This document shows, piece by piece, positions 39,781 to 49,730 of a DNA stretch of 64,000 bases. The position numbers and the translations under genes are program-made. Position 1 is the first letter of the stretch; each line of letters begins with the position of its first letter. The DNA is from a bacterium (lineage in GTDB: Bacteria; UBA8248), in the NCBI GenBank assembly GCA_965221165.1, contig CBDCRP010000003.1, positions 800,001 through 864,000 on the forward strand. Reading direction: 5' to 3'. Below the pieces are notes generated by a model. The model was not told the origin of the DNA and ran no database searches. It saw only the letters and a list, made by a program, of their open reading frames with translations.

Positions 39781-40458
39781 TCAGCCGCCCCTGATGCCGC
39801 GTATGGCTTCCGCATAGTCTTTCGCCCCGAATACGGCCGAGCCCGCCACAAGCGCCTCCGCGCCCGCCGCGCGTATATCGGCTACATTTTGCGGAGTGAC
39901 GCCGCCGTCGACTTCTATCAGAACCGAGGAGCCTCCCGCTTCGATCATCTCCCTCAGGCGCCGTATCCGCTCCAAGGAAGCGGGGATGAACGCCTGGCCC
40001 CCAAAGCCTGGATTGACGCTCATGACGAGCACCATATCCACCTCAGGCAGCAAATTCTCGATTTGCGAAAGCGGCGTTCCGGGGTTGAGCGTCAGCCCCA
40101 CACCCAAGCCAAGCCCGCGTATCCTCTGGAGGGTTCGGTGAATGTGCCTGGGCGCCTCCACGTGAACCGTCAAGATGTCCGCGCCGGCATCCGCAAACGC
40201 TTCGATGTATCGATCCGGATCCGCGATCATCAGATGCACGTCTAGCACCATATCGGGAGCGGCTCTCCTGGCGGCCCGAACACCCAAAGGCCCCACCGAA
40301 ATGTTCGGCACAAAATGGCCATCCATCACGTCGAAATGCAGCCAGTCGGCTCCGGCTTCGCGCACCGCCCCTATCTCTTCGCCCATCTTCTCGAAAGAAC
40401 AGGACAACAAAGAGGGCGCGACCCGGATTTTTCCAGGCGACATATCCGGCTTGGGCAT
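39781..40458 (-). CDS. rpe: Ribulose-phosphate 3-epimerase
   Basis: HFDVMDGHFVPN, MSVNPGFGGQ and EVDGG. Confidence 0.97.
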   Translation of the reverse strand: MPKPDMSPGKIRVAPSLLSCSFEKMGEEIGAVREAGADWLHFDVMDGHFVPNISVGPLGVRAARRAAPDMVLDVHLMIADPDRYIEAFADAGADILTVHVEAPRHIHRTLQRIRGLGLGVGLTLNPGTPLSQIENLLPEVDMVLVMSVNPGFGGQAFIPASLERIRRLREMIEAGGSSVLIEVDGGVTPQNVADIRAAGAEALVAGSAVFGAKDYAEAIRGIRGG

Positions 40459-40472
40459 ATTGGTTCCTCTCC

Positions 40473-41411
40473 CTAATGCTTTTGCTCTTCGACCAGACGG
40501 CCATCGAGAAATATACGCGCTCTCGCTCCGCCCTTCACCCGCACCAGCAAATGGATCTCCTCGCCCGCGCGCACCTCGCGGGAGATCTCCTCGCGCGTTT
40601 CGCCGTTCGATTCCATCTCCACGCGAAGTTCGCGCCTCGGCTTTCCGTGCGGCACGCGGTAGCGCAAGACGATGAAATTCCCCGCAATCTGGTCCGCGCC
40701 CCGCGCCACGTCCACATGCACGCGATGGCCCGCGAGGACGCGCCGCCCGTGCGGTGGTATTTGAGAAACGATGGAACCTCGCAGGGAACCGGGGCGATCC
40801 ACGTAGCGGACGCGCCCGACCTCCAGGCCGAGCGCGCGAACCCGGTCGAGGGCAGTGTTGACGGGTTCTCCAATCAGGGAAGGCATGACGTAGGCCCGCT
40901 CACGAGAACCCTGGCTGACGACGAGAACCACGCCTTCGCCTCGCCTGATGTTTTCACCCTCATTCGGCCAGACGCCCAAAACCTGGTCGATGGGTCGTTT
41001 GGGATCATACAACCGCTCCACCAGGCGAACACGAAGGCCTTCGAGGCGAATGAGAGTCTCCGCGCGACTCAGGTTCTTGCCCACCACCGTCGGCACCGCC
41101 ACATCCCGCGGACCTTTGCTGAGAACGAGCGATACGATTCTTCCCTCGCGGATGAGGCGTCCGCCGGGAGGATTCTGGCGCACTACGTGATTCATGGATA
41201 CCGCATCGCTGAACACGTGATCGCTAACCTGCATGGGTATTCCCTTCTCCCCCAGCAATTCCAGCGCGCGAACCACGTCGAGGCCCGCGACCTGGGGTAG
41301 GAAAATACCCTCTCCCCCCCTGAAGACGTAGAGGCCCACAGCACCTCCGACGCCGCCCAACGCGACGAGGAGCACAAACCAGAAAACGCCTTTCAGTATC
41401 CCTCTCAGCAA
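40473..41411 (-). CDS. Membrane-anchored PASTA-domain protein (3 PASTA repeats, no kinase)
   Basis: N-terminal transmembrane segment; repeats LPQVAG/VPTVVG/MPSLIG ... VSxG. Confidence 0.85.
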   Translation of the reverse strand: MLRGILKGVFWFVLLVALGGVGGAVGLYVFRGGEGIFLPQVAGLDVVRALELLGEKGIPMQVSDHVFSDAVSMNHVVRQNPPGGRLIREGRIVSLVLSKGPRDVAVPTVVGKNLSRAETLIRLEGLRVRLVERLYDPKRPIDQVLGVWPNEGENIRRGEGVVLVVSQGSRERAYVMPSLIGEPVNTALDRVRALGLEVGRVRYVDRPGSLRGSIVSQIPPHGRRVLAGHRVHVDVARGADQIAGNFIVLRYRVPHGKPRRELRVEMESNGETREEISREVRAGEEIHLLVRVKGGARARIFLDGRLVEEQKH

Positions 41412-42775
41412 CTTCTACCCTCTTTGCGCCAACTCATGGCGAAAAAACCATCGAGGTCCATTCCCGGCGTTATCCGCAAGGCCCCGTCCGGGCCCAGAAA
41501 TCCTCTTGCGCTTTCGGGAAGAGCGCCTCCATCCCGTATGGGGACGAATCCCGGCTCTCGAAACGAAGAAGCGACTTCTTCGGTTTCCTCGGGCTCATTC
41601 GTGCAAACCGAATAAACCAATCTGCCCCCACGGCGCACAGCACCGGCCGCTCCTCGCAAAATCGCCATCTGCCGACGCGCCTGCGCCGCCAGTTCTTCTT
41701 CCCTCACCCGCCATCTCGCATCGGGATGCCGCCTGAACACTCCCAGTCCGCTGCACGGCGCATCCACGAGAACGAGGTCGAATTTTTCATGAAAAGGCGG
41801 CTTCGCCCCGTCCATCCGCAAAACCTGCACATCCGCCCGAATCCTAGCACAATTACGCTTCAGGCGAGCGAGCCGGTGGGACGCCTCATCCCCTGCAACG
41901 ACGCTTCCGCTCACCCCCGCGGCCCAGGCGAGACAAGCCGTTTTGCCTCCGGGCGCCGCGCAGATATCGAGAATTTTTTCTCCGGCGGCGGCACCGGCAA
42001 ATCGCGACACCAGACTCGAACCCTCGTCCATGACGATGAACTTCCCCTCACGATAGGCCGTCGTTTCGCTGAAGCGAACTCCGGGTGTGCTCTCGCCCGG
42101 AAGAAATATCAAACAATCCGGATCGGCGCATCCGGGCCGCGTGGCGACGCCCTCACTTTGGAATTCCGCCATCAGCCCCGGGAGGCTTACCATTTTCGGA
42201 TTCACACGAAAGACGACCGGGGCTTCTGCGTTATTCGCCCGGCATCGCCTCTGCGCCTCCTCCTCCCCCAGTTCGCGCATCCAGCGCCTCACCAACCATC
42301 TTGGATGGGATTCCCATATCGTCAGATAATCTTCACGATTCTCGGGCGGCGAAACTTCATGCTCCGCCACCTTGCGCAAAACCGCATTCACCAACCCCTT
42401 CGCCCAGCCCAGGTTTCGGCGATTCACCAAAGAAACACTGCCGTCCACCGCACTGTGCGGGGGCACGCGATCCATGAACAAGAGCTGGTAGGTTCCCAAC
42501 CGCAACGCTTCTCGCACGGGAGGCGCCACATTCGGCTTATCCAGAAAATGGCCGTAAACGAAATCCAGACGATTCCGCCACCTCAGGACGCCATAGATCA
42601 AATCGCGCAGAAACGCGCGGTCGCGTGGGTCGAAATCCGCCGATGAAAACCGCTCCGCCAACTGGTCTGCGGCGATGGGGTTTTTCTCGAAGGAGAGAAG
42701 AGCGGCGTGCGCCGCCCGGCGAACGAGGTCGACAGAACGCCCGTGTTTCTCACTCACCGCGAGATTCCGGCTCAC
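41405..42775 (-). CDS. rsmB: 16S rRNA m5C967 methyltransferase RsmB (Sun)
   Basis: NusB-like N domain, DICAAPGGKT, DAPCSGLG and YSVCT. Confidence 0.93.
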   Translation of the reverse strand: MSRNLAVSEKHGRSVDLVRRAAHAALLSFEKNPIAADQLAERFSSADFDPRDRAFLRDLIYGVLRWRNRLDFVYGHFLDKPNVAPPVREALRLGTYQLLFMDRVPPHSAVDGSVSLVNRRNLGWAKGLVNAVLRKVAEHEVSPPENREDYLTIWESHPRWLVRRWMRELGEEEAQRRCRANNAEAPVVFRVNPKMVSLPGLMAEFQSEGVATRPGCADPDCLIFLPGESTPGVRFSETTAYREGKFIVMDEGSSLVSRFAGAAAGEKILDICAAPGGKTACLAWAAGVSGSVVAGDEASHRLARLKRNCARIRADVQVLRMDGAKPPFHEKFDLVLVDAPCSGLGVFRRHPDARWRVREEELAAQARRQMAILRGAAGAVRRGGRLVYSVCTNEPEETEEVASSFREPGFVPIRDGGALPESARGFLGPDGALRITPGMDLDGFFAMSWRKEGRSC

Positions 42776-43719
42776 GCGCTCTCTCCGAGCACGAGGCCGG
42801 GCCGGGATGGATATCCCCTGGCGAAAGCCCGCGCATCCATCTTCTTCTTGCCCGGCGGCTGTATCTCCAGAATCACCAAATTGCCCTTACCCGTGGATAC
42901 GCGGATTCCCTCTCCCTCGGGCGTTTCGGCCAGCCCGAGAATTTCACCGGCGGCTCCGCCGGATTCGCCTGGATTCGGCCAGGCCCGCCACATCCGCACC
43001 GGGCCATTCTCCACGCCCGGCCATGAGGTCTGCGCCACAGGCCAGGGATTGAGCCCTCTTATCAATCTATCGAGACGGCTCGCTGGCAGACGCCAATCGA
43101 GTTTCGCTTCTTCTTTTTGGAGTTTTTCCGCATAGGTGACCAGCGATTCGTCCTGGGGCTCTTCGGCGGCCTCGCCGTTTTCGAGTTTCAGCAACGTCGC
43201 TACCATCTGCTCCGCACCCAAGTCGGCCAACTTGTGGTGAAGGGCGCCGGAGGTGTCCCTCGGCCCAATCGGAAGCGAGCGCCTCGCGAGCACGGGACCG
43301 GCGTCGAGTTCGGATACGACCCGCATCACGCAGACTCCCGTCTCGTCGTCCCCCTCGAGAAGAGCGCGCTGAATCGGCGCCGCTCCCCGCCAGCGCGGAA
43401 GAAGCGATGGATGGAGGTTCAACAATCCCAAACGGGGAACATTCAAGAGTTTTCTGCTCAAAATCTGCCCGTAAGCCGCCACGACGCCCACGTCGGGCCG
43501 AAATTCCGCAACATCCGTCGAGCGAATTCTCTCCGGCTGCAGGACGGGGAACCCCGCCTCGAGCGCGCATATTTTGACGGGCGGTGGCGTCAGCCTGCGT
43601 CCCCTTCCCGCAGGCCTGTCCGGCTGCGTGAACGCGGCAGTCACCTCTATGGGGGATGCCATCAGCGCCCGGAGCGTCGGCGCCGCGAACTCGGATGTCC
43701 CGAAGAAAACCGCCCGCAT
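42772..43719 (-). CDS. fmt: Methionyl-tRNA formyltransferase
   Basis: FFGTSEFA, TQPDRPAGRG and NLHPSLLPRWRGAAPIQ. Confidence 0.96.
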   Translation of the reverse strand: MRAVFFGTSEFAAPTLRALMASPIEVTAAFTQPDRPAGRGRRLTPPPVKICALEAGFPVLQPERIRSTDVAEFRPDVGVVAAYGQILSRKLLNVPRLGLLNLHPSLLPRWRGAAPIQRALLEGDDETGVCVMRVVSELDAGPVLARRSLPIGPRDTSGALHHKLADLGAEQMVATLLKLENGEAAEEPQDESLVTYAEKLQKEEAKLDWRLPASRLDRLIRGLNPWPVAQTSWPGVENGPVRMWRAWPNPGESGGAAGEILGLAETPEGEGIRVSTGKGNLVILEIQPPGKKKMDARAFARGYPSRPGLVLGESA

Positions 43720-43809
43720 GGATTTCTCCCCGAAAAAGCGCGCATCCACCAAGAACAGGGCCGTGCGCGGATGAGACCCGAAAATATAGCACGGGAAAAG
43801 AGGGGATTC

Positions 43810-44319
43810 CTAAGAGGCGGCCTTGGCCTGTTTCTTGAGGCGGCGCTTCACGACGTCGCGCTTCGTCTTGTTGAGATGATCCAGGATGAGTTTTCCGTCC
43901 AGATGCTCGATTTCATGCTGGAGGACGAAGGCGAGAACTTCGCGCGCATCGAGAACCACCTCCTCACCGTTTAAGTTCAGCCCCCGCACCCGCACCGCCT
44001 CATGACGGCGGATTTTCTCGGTCACGCCCGGCAGCGAGAGGCAGCCCTCCTCCACGATGCGCTCGCCCTCGGCGCTTTCGATTTCGGGGTTGATGAGAAA
44101 ATGCACTTGGCCCGGGTCTTTCCCGAGCGAGACGTCCACCACGATGAGCCGGATGCTCTCGCCCACCTGGGGAGCGGCGAGGCCGACGCCGGGCGCATCA
44201 TGCAGGGTGGCGAGCATCGCGCGCGCAAACTCCTCTATCCGCTCCGTAATCCGCTCGACGGGAAGGCATTTCCGGCGAAGGGCGGGCGCCGGATATTTGA
44301 GAATTTCCAACACGGCCAT
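43810..44319 (-). CDS. def: Peptide deformylase
   Basis: GVGLAAPQ, EGCLS and QHEIEHL motifs. Confidence 0.97.
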   Translation of the reverse strand: MAVLEILKYPAPALRRKCLPVERITERIEEFARAMLATLHDAPGVGLAAPQVGESIRLIVVDVSLGKDPGQVHFLINPEIESAEGERIVEEGCLSLPGVTEKIRRHEAVRVRGLNLNGEEVVLDAREVLAFVLQHEIEHLDGKLILDHLNKTKRDVVKRRLKKQAKAAS

Positions 44320-44535
44320 GAGAGATTCCCGAATGAAATGAACACGCGGCCATCACACCCCGCCGGCTCGCCCTAGGGTTTGAGAAGGGCAAGCCGCTGG
44401 AACACCAAATCCCTCGCAGCCACTTTGGTGCGAACGGAGGCGTTCAAATCATAAAATATCCTGGACCCAGAATGAAGAGCTTGACTTTCCAAAATAATGA
44501 AAATATCCAAAAGGTCTATTTTCTGCTTTCGGCCC

Positions 44536-45636
44536 CTATTTCGGCGTCGCCGCCTGGGGCTGGGGCGTCTCTTTCGGCTCTGCGGTCGCTTTCGGCGCGT
44601 CGATTCCGACGGCGGCGCGCACCTGCCTCTCGATTTCCGAGAAAATATCCGTGTTCTCCTTCAAAAACCGCTTCACGTTCTCACGCCCCTGGCCGATTCG
44701 CTCCTCGCCGAAGGAATACCACGCCCCCGTCTTGGTGACGATGTCTTTTTCGACGCCCAAATCGAGCACGTCGCCTTCTTTCGAGACGCCGAGCCCGAAC
44801 ATGATGTCGAATTCCGCCGTGCGGAACGGGGGCGCAAGCTTGTTCTTCACCACGCGCACCCGCGTCCTGTTGCCCACGTTGTTCTCGCCTTCTTTGATCG
44901 CGGCGATTCGCCGAATGTCGAGACGCACGGAGGAATAGAATTTCAGCGCGTTTCCGCCGGAAGTGGTTTCAGGATTTCCGAACATGACGCCGATCTTCAT
45001 GCGAATCTGGTTGATGAAGATAAAGCACGTGTTGCTGCGGTGCACCACGCCCGTGAGCTTGCGGAGCGCCTGGCTCATGAGCCGCGCCTGGAGACCCACA
45101 TGGTGATCCCCCATGTCTCCTTCCAGTTCCGCCTTGGGCACCAGAGCGGCTACGGAGTCGATGACGACCACGTCGAGCGAGGCGCTGCTCGTCAAAATCT
45201 CGGCTATCTCCAGGGCCTGCTCTCCCGTATCGGGTTGGGAGACGATGAGGTTATCGGTCTGCACCCCGAGCGCCTTGGCGTAGCTCGGGTCCAGAGCGTG
45301 CTCCGCATCCACGAAGGCGGCCATTCCGCCTTTGCGCTGCACCTCCGCGATGATTTGTAGTGCGATGGTCGTCTTGCCCGAAGACTCGGGCCCGAATATC
45401 TCCACGATTCGCCCGCGCGGCACGCCGCCACAGCCCAAGGCGGCATCGAGCGATACCGAACCCGTCGAAATGGCCGGAACCGCCTCCATACCCGGCCCTT
45501 CGCCCAGGCGCATGATGGAGCCTTTGCCGAATTGGCGGTTGATCTGGTTGAAAGCCATGTCCAGCGCCTTGTCGCGGCGCTCACGCTCTTGCGGGTTCTC
45601 GGATTTCGAGGAGGGTGACCCGTTTTTGAGGTTCAT
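44536..45636 (-). CDS. recA: Recombinase RecA
   Basis: [26 protein letters not shown] and GGNALKFY; ATG at 45636. Confidence 0.98.
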   Translation of the reverse strand: MNLKNGSPSSKSENPQERERRDKALDMAFNQINRQFGKGSIMRLGEGPGMEAVPAISTGSVSLDAALGCGGVPRGRIVEIFGPESSGKTTIALQIIAEVQRKGGMAAFVDAEHALDPSYAKALGVQTDNLIVSQPDTGEQALEIAEILTSSASLDVVVIDSVAALVPKAELEGDMGDHHVGLQARLMSQALRKLTGVVHRSNTCFIFINQIRMKIGVMFGNPETTSGGNALKFYSSVRLDIRRIAAIKEGENNVGNRTRVRVVKNKLAPPFRTAEFDIMFGLGVSKEGDVLDLGVEKDIVTKTGAWYSFGEERIGQGRENVKRFLKENTDIFSEIERQVRAAVGIDAPKATAEPKETPQPQAATPK

Positions 45637-45825
45637 CGGAAAACTCCCTTGGATGAAGGAATGCGCACCGGTTCGGGCGATGGCGGACATAGGTTGAATG
45701 TAGGGGATCGACCCATTTTCTGCAATACAACAAGCGCCATCAATTCCAAAAGGACTTGCGCGGAGCAGGCCGCATCCCCTTATCCAGCCATATTTTCGAA
45801 CAACGGCGGTGACTTACTTTCGCTA

Positions 45826-45854
45826 AATATACGTGAAATGGCTCTGCAGATCAA
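45826..45854 (-). promoter_or_regulatory. Putative recA promoter
   Basis: Minus strand TTGATC-N17-TATATT; a second candidate TTGCAG-N17-TACATT lies closer to the gene. Confidence 0.45.
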
Positions 45855-46071
45855 GTACAAAAAGCGAAAATTCATGCCCAAAGCCACTTTTTCCCGTTAA
45901 ATAGAGCAAAATTGAGGTTTCTGAGTCTGATTGGTATCCAGGGCGCTTCAAACATTGACATCACCCTGGTCAGGCGTGGGCAGACCTCACATAGACCTGC
46001 GGATTTTCAGCGCTCAAGCCCCGGGCAGGCACGAGACACGATGCAGCGGACGGACTATCCCCCGCCGGGGC

Positions 46072-46653
46072 TTACGCCTGGCCCAACGTCACTTTTTCCA
46101 GCGTGGTGTGTATGGCGCCAGAGGGATTGAGTTCGCTTCTGAGCAAAACCGCCTCGCGCGCACGGCAGATGAGAGGGGGCGTCAACCATCTCTGCTCGGC
46201 GACTTCAAGCTCTCCTTCGAGCCCTGCGGGTGGACGATCCCGGGAGCGTCGCCTCGCCAGCGTCATATGCGGGCGAAAAGGTCCCTCCCCGGAGGGAAAC
46301 CCCGCTTCGGCCAGATAACGAGAGAGGCTTGCTTCAAGTTTCACCAGTGGTTCCGGCGTTTCCGAGGGACCCACCCAAAGCACATTGGGACGCTTGAGAT
46401 GCGGGAAGACGCCAAATTGGTTGATTGAAATATCAAAGGCAGGCGCGCTCTCTCCCGCACGAAGCAGCGCCTCTGCGGCGGCTGTGGCCTGATCTTCTTC
46501 GATGTCGCCTAAAAAACGCAAGGTAACGTGGATATTCTCGGGCCTCATCCAGCGGAAATCATCGAGAGCGGACATAGTTGCAAGCGAGGTTTGAAGCGAT
46601 TCCAGGAGTCTGTGTTCATCTGCGCTGAATGGAATCGCCAAAAACGCGCGCAT
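46072..46653 (-). CDS. thpR: RNA 2',3'-cyclic phosphodiesterase (2H family)
   Basis: Two HxT motifs (HVTLRFLG, PHMTLAR); MRAFLAI N-terminus. Confidence 0.92.
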   Translation of the reverse strand: MRAFLAIPFSADEHRLLESLQTSLATMSALDDFRWMRPENIHVTLRFLGDIEEDQATAAAEALLRAGESAPAFDISINQFGVFPHLKRPNVLWVGPSETPEPLVKLEASLSRYLAEAGFPSGEGPFRPHMTLARRRSRDRPPAGLEGELEVAEQRWLTPPLICRAREAVLLRSELNPSGAIHTTLEKVTLGQA

Positions 46654-46749
46654 GGGGAATCTCCTTAAACATCAGGCCTGCCGCATGGCCTCAGTGCACG
46701 AGAAGGCCCGCTTCACACGGGGAAGAACCGCCCTCACGCATCATTATAG

Positions 46750-47241
46750 TCAGTCCAGCGCTTCGAGGGCATCACGCACCATCTCGAGCGCGGTTTGCGC
46801 CGTCTGGGCCTTCACTTCCATACGAGATCCTCCGAACACATGGTGTCGGCAAATAGTGCAGGAAGGCGTGGCGACGGCCATATACACCGTGCCCACCGGC
46901 TTCCCGACGCTTCCCCCGGTGGGGCCGGCGATGCCCGTAACGGACAGCCCGAAATCGCTGCCCGCCGCCGCGCGAACGCCCTCCGCCATCGCGCGCGCGC
47001 AGGCCTCGCTCACCGCGCCCGGCCCGCCCTCACGCGCAACGATATCTTTCGGCACGCCCAGGAGCGCCATTTTCGCCTCGTTGCTGTAGGTGACGAAGCC
47101 CTGCTCGAAATAAGCGGAACTGCCGGAAACGTCGGTGATGCGGCTGGCTACCAGACCACCCGTGCAACTCTCCGCAGTGGCGATGCGCCAACCCTTTTCA
47201 CTCAAGCGTGCTCCGAGCCATTCCTCCACAGATTCCGCCAT
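46750..47241 (-). CDS. pncC: CinA C-terminal domain protein / NMN amidohydrolase
   Basis: TAESCTGG, GSSAYF and TGIAGP.GG...KPVG. Confidence 0.88.
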   Translation of the reverse strand: MAESVEEWLGARLSEKGWRIATAESCTGGLVASRITDVSGSSAYFEQGFVTYSNEAKMALLGVPKDIVAREGGPGAVSEACARAMAEGVRAAAGSDFGLSVTGIAGPTGGSVGKPVGTVYMAVATPSCTICRHHVFGGSRMEVKAQTAQTALEMVRDALEALD

Positions 47242-47261
47242 TCAGCTTTGCTCCCCAGAAA

Positions 47262-47732
47262 TCAGACAAGCCCGAAATATGACAGGCCAAACAAGAACAC
47301 CCAACCCATAACCCCCGCGGCGATGTCGTCCGCCACGACGCCCACGCCACCCGATAACCCCTCCAGGCGCCGAAGCGGCGGCAGCTTGACGATGTCAAAA
47401 ATACGAAAAAGGAAAAAACCCGCTACCAGTGCGCTCGGGCTCGGGTCAATCCCGATGAAGCAGACAAATTGGCCCACACATTCATCCACGACGATTTCCG
47501 GGGGGTCTTGCCGGTTCGTGATCGCCTCATATTTGCCGGACACCCATACGGCGAGCGGAATCAGGAGGATCAAAAACAAGGCCGGAAGATAGCAGCTTAT
47601 CCGGTAGAGCAAAAAATACAGCAGAGTGGCGATTAGAGAAGCCACCGTGCCCGGCGCCAGAGGAACCAGCCCGAGACCGCCCAGGGTGGCTACAAGCCGG
47701 GACAAAGCCTCGTTTTTACCTTTTCGGTTCAT
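47262..47732 (-). CDS. pgpA: Phosphatidylglycerophosphatase A
   Basis: APGT, DPPEIVVDE, FRIFDIVK and GVVADD. Confidence 0.93.
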   Translation of the reverse strand: MNRKGKNEALSRLVATLGGLGLVPLAPGTVASLIATLLYFLLYRISCYLPALFLILLIPLAVWVSGKYEAITNRQDPPEIVVDECVGQFVCFIGIDPSPSALVAGFFLFRIFDIVKLPPLRRLEGLSGGVGVVADDIAAGVMGWVFLFGLSYFGLV

Positions 47733-47737
47733 TGATT

Positions 47738-48919
47738 TTACTGGCTTGCGGCGGTTCCGTTCAGCCGGGCGGCGACATATTCCCTCGCCCAGCGATCCGC
47801 CTCCAGAATCGTCTCCAGCGCATCCGCCTCCATGTTCTCGTGCGCCTCCAGCGCAGCCCCCACCACATCGGGAATATCCATGAATTTAGACGCACCCGAC
47901 AAGAACGAGGCGACGGCCACCTCGTTCGCCGCATTGAGAACGGCAGGCGCCGTCCCCCCCTCGCGCATCGCGTTTCTCGCATGGACGAGACAGGGAAACC
48001 GATCGGGGGCCGGCGCTTCAAACGTCAGGGAACCGACCTGCGCCAAATCGAGTCTCGGCGAATTGATGGGCAATCTCTCCGGAGAGAAAATGGCTTGCGC
48101 GATGGGAATCCGCATGTCGGGCATGCTCATTTGCGCCACGAAACTCCCGTCAACGAACTCCACCATGGCGTGCACGATGCTCTGCGGATGAACCAGCACG
48201 TCCACTTGTTGGGGCTTTAACCCGAAGAGCCACCTCGCTTCGATGATTTCAAGACCCTTGTTCATCATCGATGCCGAATCAATCGTAATCTTGGGTCCCA
48301 TCTTCCAGTTGGGGTGATTCAGCGCCTCTTCCAGAGAAACATTCCTCATCGCCTCTATGGAATGGTTCCGAAAAGGGCCGCCCGAGGCCGTAAGCACTAT
48401 CCGCTCCACCTGGGAGTGGGGCCTGTCCGCCAGCGCTTGCGCCACACCCGCATGCTCGCTATCCACAGGGAGCAACTCGACCTCCCGGGCCGAAGTTCGC
48501 GACGTGACGAGTTCCCCGGCCATGACGAGCACTTCCTTGTTCGCAAGCGCAATCGAGGCGCCCACGTCGATGGCGGCCAGCGTCGGCCTAAGTCCCGCCG
48601 CGCCCACCAGGGCGGAGACCACGAGGCTGGCGCCCGCACCCGCGGCCACCTCGCTCAAGCCCTCATCTCCCGAAAGCACCCGCGTCCCGGGAGGAAGCGC
48701 ATCTTGAATGCGCGCCGCGTCCACGTCATCAGCCACGGATACGATTTTGGGCCGAAATTGCCTCGCCTGCTCCACGAGGCGCTCCCAGTTTCTTCCGGCG
48801 GCAAGCGCCACCACATCGATTCTTTCGGGAAATTGCGCCACAACATCGAGGGCGTTTTCCCCGATGCTGCCCGTAGATCCCAATATGGCAATTTCCCGCC
48901 GTTTCATTTTCCGGCTCAT
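47738..48919 (-). CDS. dxr: 1-deoxy-D-xylulose-5-phosphate reductoisomerase
   Basis: LGSTGSIG, LANKE, PVDSEH and HPNWKMG.KITIDSA. Confidence 0.97.
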   Translation of the reverse strand: MSRKMKRREIAILGSTGSIGENALDVVAQFPERIDVVALAAGRNWERLVEQARQFRPKIVSVADDVDAARIQDALPPGTRVLSGDEGLSEVAAGAGASLVVSALVGAAGLRPTLAAIDVGASIALANKEVLVMAGELVTSRTSAREVELLPVDSEHAGVAQALADRPHSQVERIVLTASGGPFRNHSIEAMRNVSLEEALNHPNWKMGPKITIDSASMMNKGLEIIEARWLFGLKPQQVDVLVHPQSIVHAMVEFVDGSFVAQMSMPDMRIPIAQAIFSPERLPINSPRLDLAQVGSLTFEAPAPDRFPCLVHARNAMREGGTAPAVLNAANEVAVASFLSGASKFMDIPDVVGAALEAHENMEADALETILEADRWAREYVAARLNGTAASQ

Positions 48920-48936
48920 CCCCTATGCGTGGTGAC

Positions 48937-49728
48937 CTAAAGCTGTATCCAATACAAGTAACAGTAAAACGCGGGACCCGCCATGAGCAAACCGTCAATC
49001 CTGTCAAGCACCCCCCCATGGCCGGGGATGATGGCGGATGCGTCTTTTTCCCCTGCCGCGCGCTTTAAGATCGATTCACCCAAATCCCCCATCAACGCGA
49101 ACAACCCGATTCCCCCCGATACAGGAATCGCAAGCCATGGGTCGACGCCGGGAACATCCATGTAGAGCGTCGTGAGAACACCCACGAGGACGCCTGCGAG
49201 GATTCCCCCGATTGCTCCCTCCACTGTTTTTCCGGGGCTGATTCTCGGCGCTATCTTTCTTTTCCCCAACGTCTTGCCGGTGAACATCGCCGCGATATCG
49301 TTCGCCCAGACGACGACAAACAAAAAGAAAGTGGCCTCCATGCCACCCGGGAAAGTTCTGATAAGCACGATCAAGCCACCGGCACCGCCCACCCAAATCA
49401 CGCCAAGAAGCGACATCCCCGCCAAGGAGAGGCTGTCCCGAAGGGCCTCGCTCGAAAACGCCTTGAGAAAGACGCGAAACAGAATCACCGCGAGGACCAA
49501 CACCGGCAAAACGCCGCCCACCCACACGGCGAGCACAAATGCGCAGGCATCCAGAGCTCCTTCCCATGCTCTCACGCGCCACCCGCAAAGATTGACCAGG
49601 GCCTGAAATTCCCATCCCGCGCGAAAAACGAGTAGAAGCGCCACACAGAGAAATACGATTGAGGAGGTAAAAAACAAGACGACGAGAATCGGCGCCGCAA
49701 GCACCAAGGCGCTAATGAGGCGGGTCAA
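48937..49728 (-). CDS. cdsA: Phosphatidate cytidylyltransferase
   Basis: ISPGKTVEG and GDLGESILKR...KD...IPGHGGVLDRIDG; TTG start at 49728 with GGAG SD. Confidence 0.93.
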   Translation of the reverse strand: MTRLISALVLAAPILVVLFFTSSIVFLCVALLLVFRAGWEFQALVNLCGWRVRAWEGALDACAFVLAVWVGGVLPVLVLAVILFRVFLKAFSSEALRDSLSLAGMSLLGVIWVGGAGGLIVLIRTFPGGMEATFFLFVVVWANDIAAMFTGKTLGKRKIAPRISPGKTVEGAIGGILAGVLVGVLTTLYMDVPGVDPWLAIPVSGGIGLFALMGDLGESILKRAAGEKDASAIIPGHGGVLDRIDGLLMAGPAFYCYLYWIQL

Positions 49729-49730
49729 AA

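Noticed and set aside
45640-46070. Long recA upstream region examined for a LexA box or ncRNA
   Set aside because: No match to CTGT-N8-ACAG, GAAC-N4-GTTC or GTTC-N7-GTTC was found by eye, and the hairpins present are unremarkable for GC-rich DNA.
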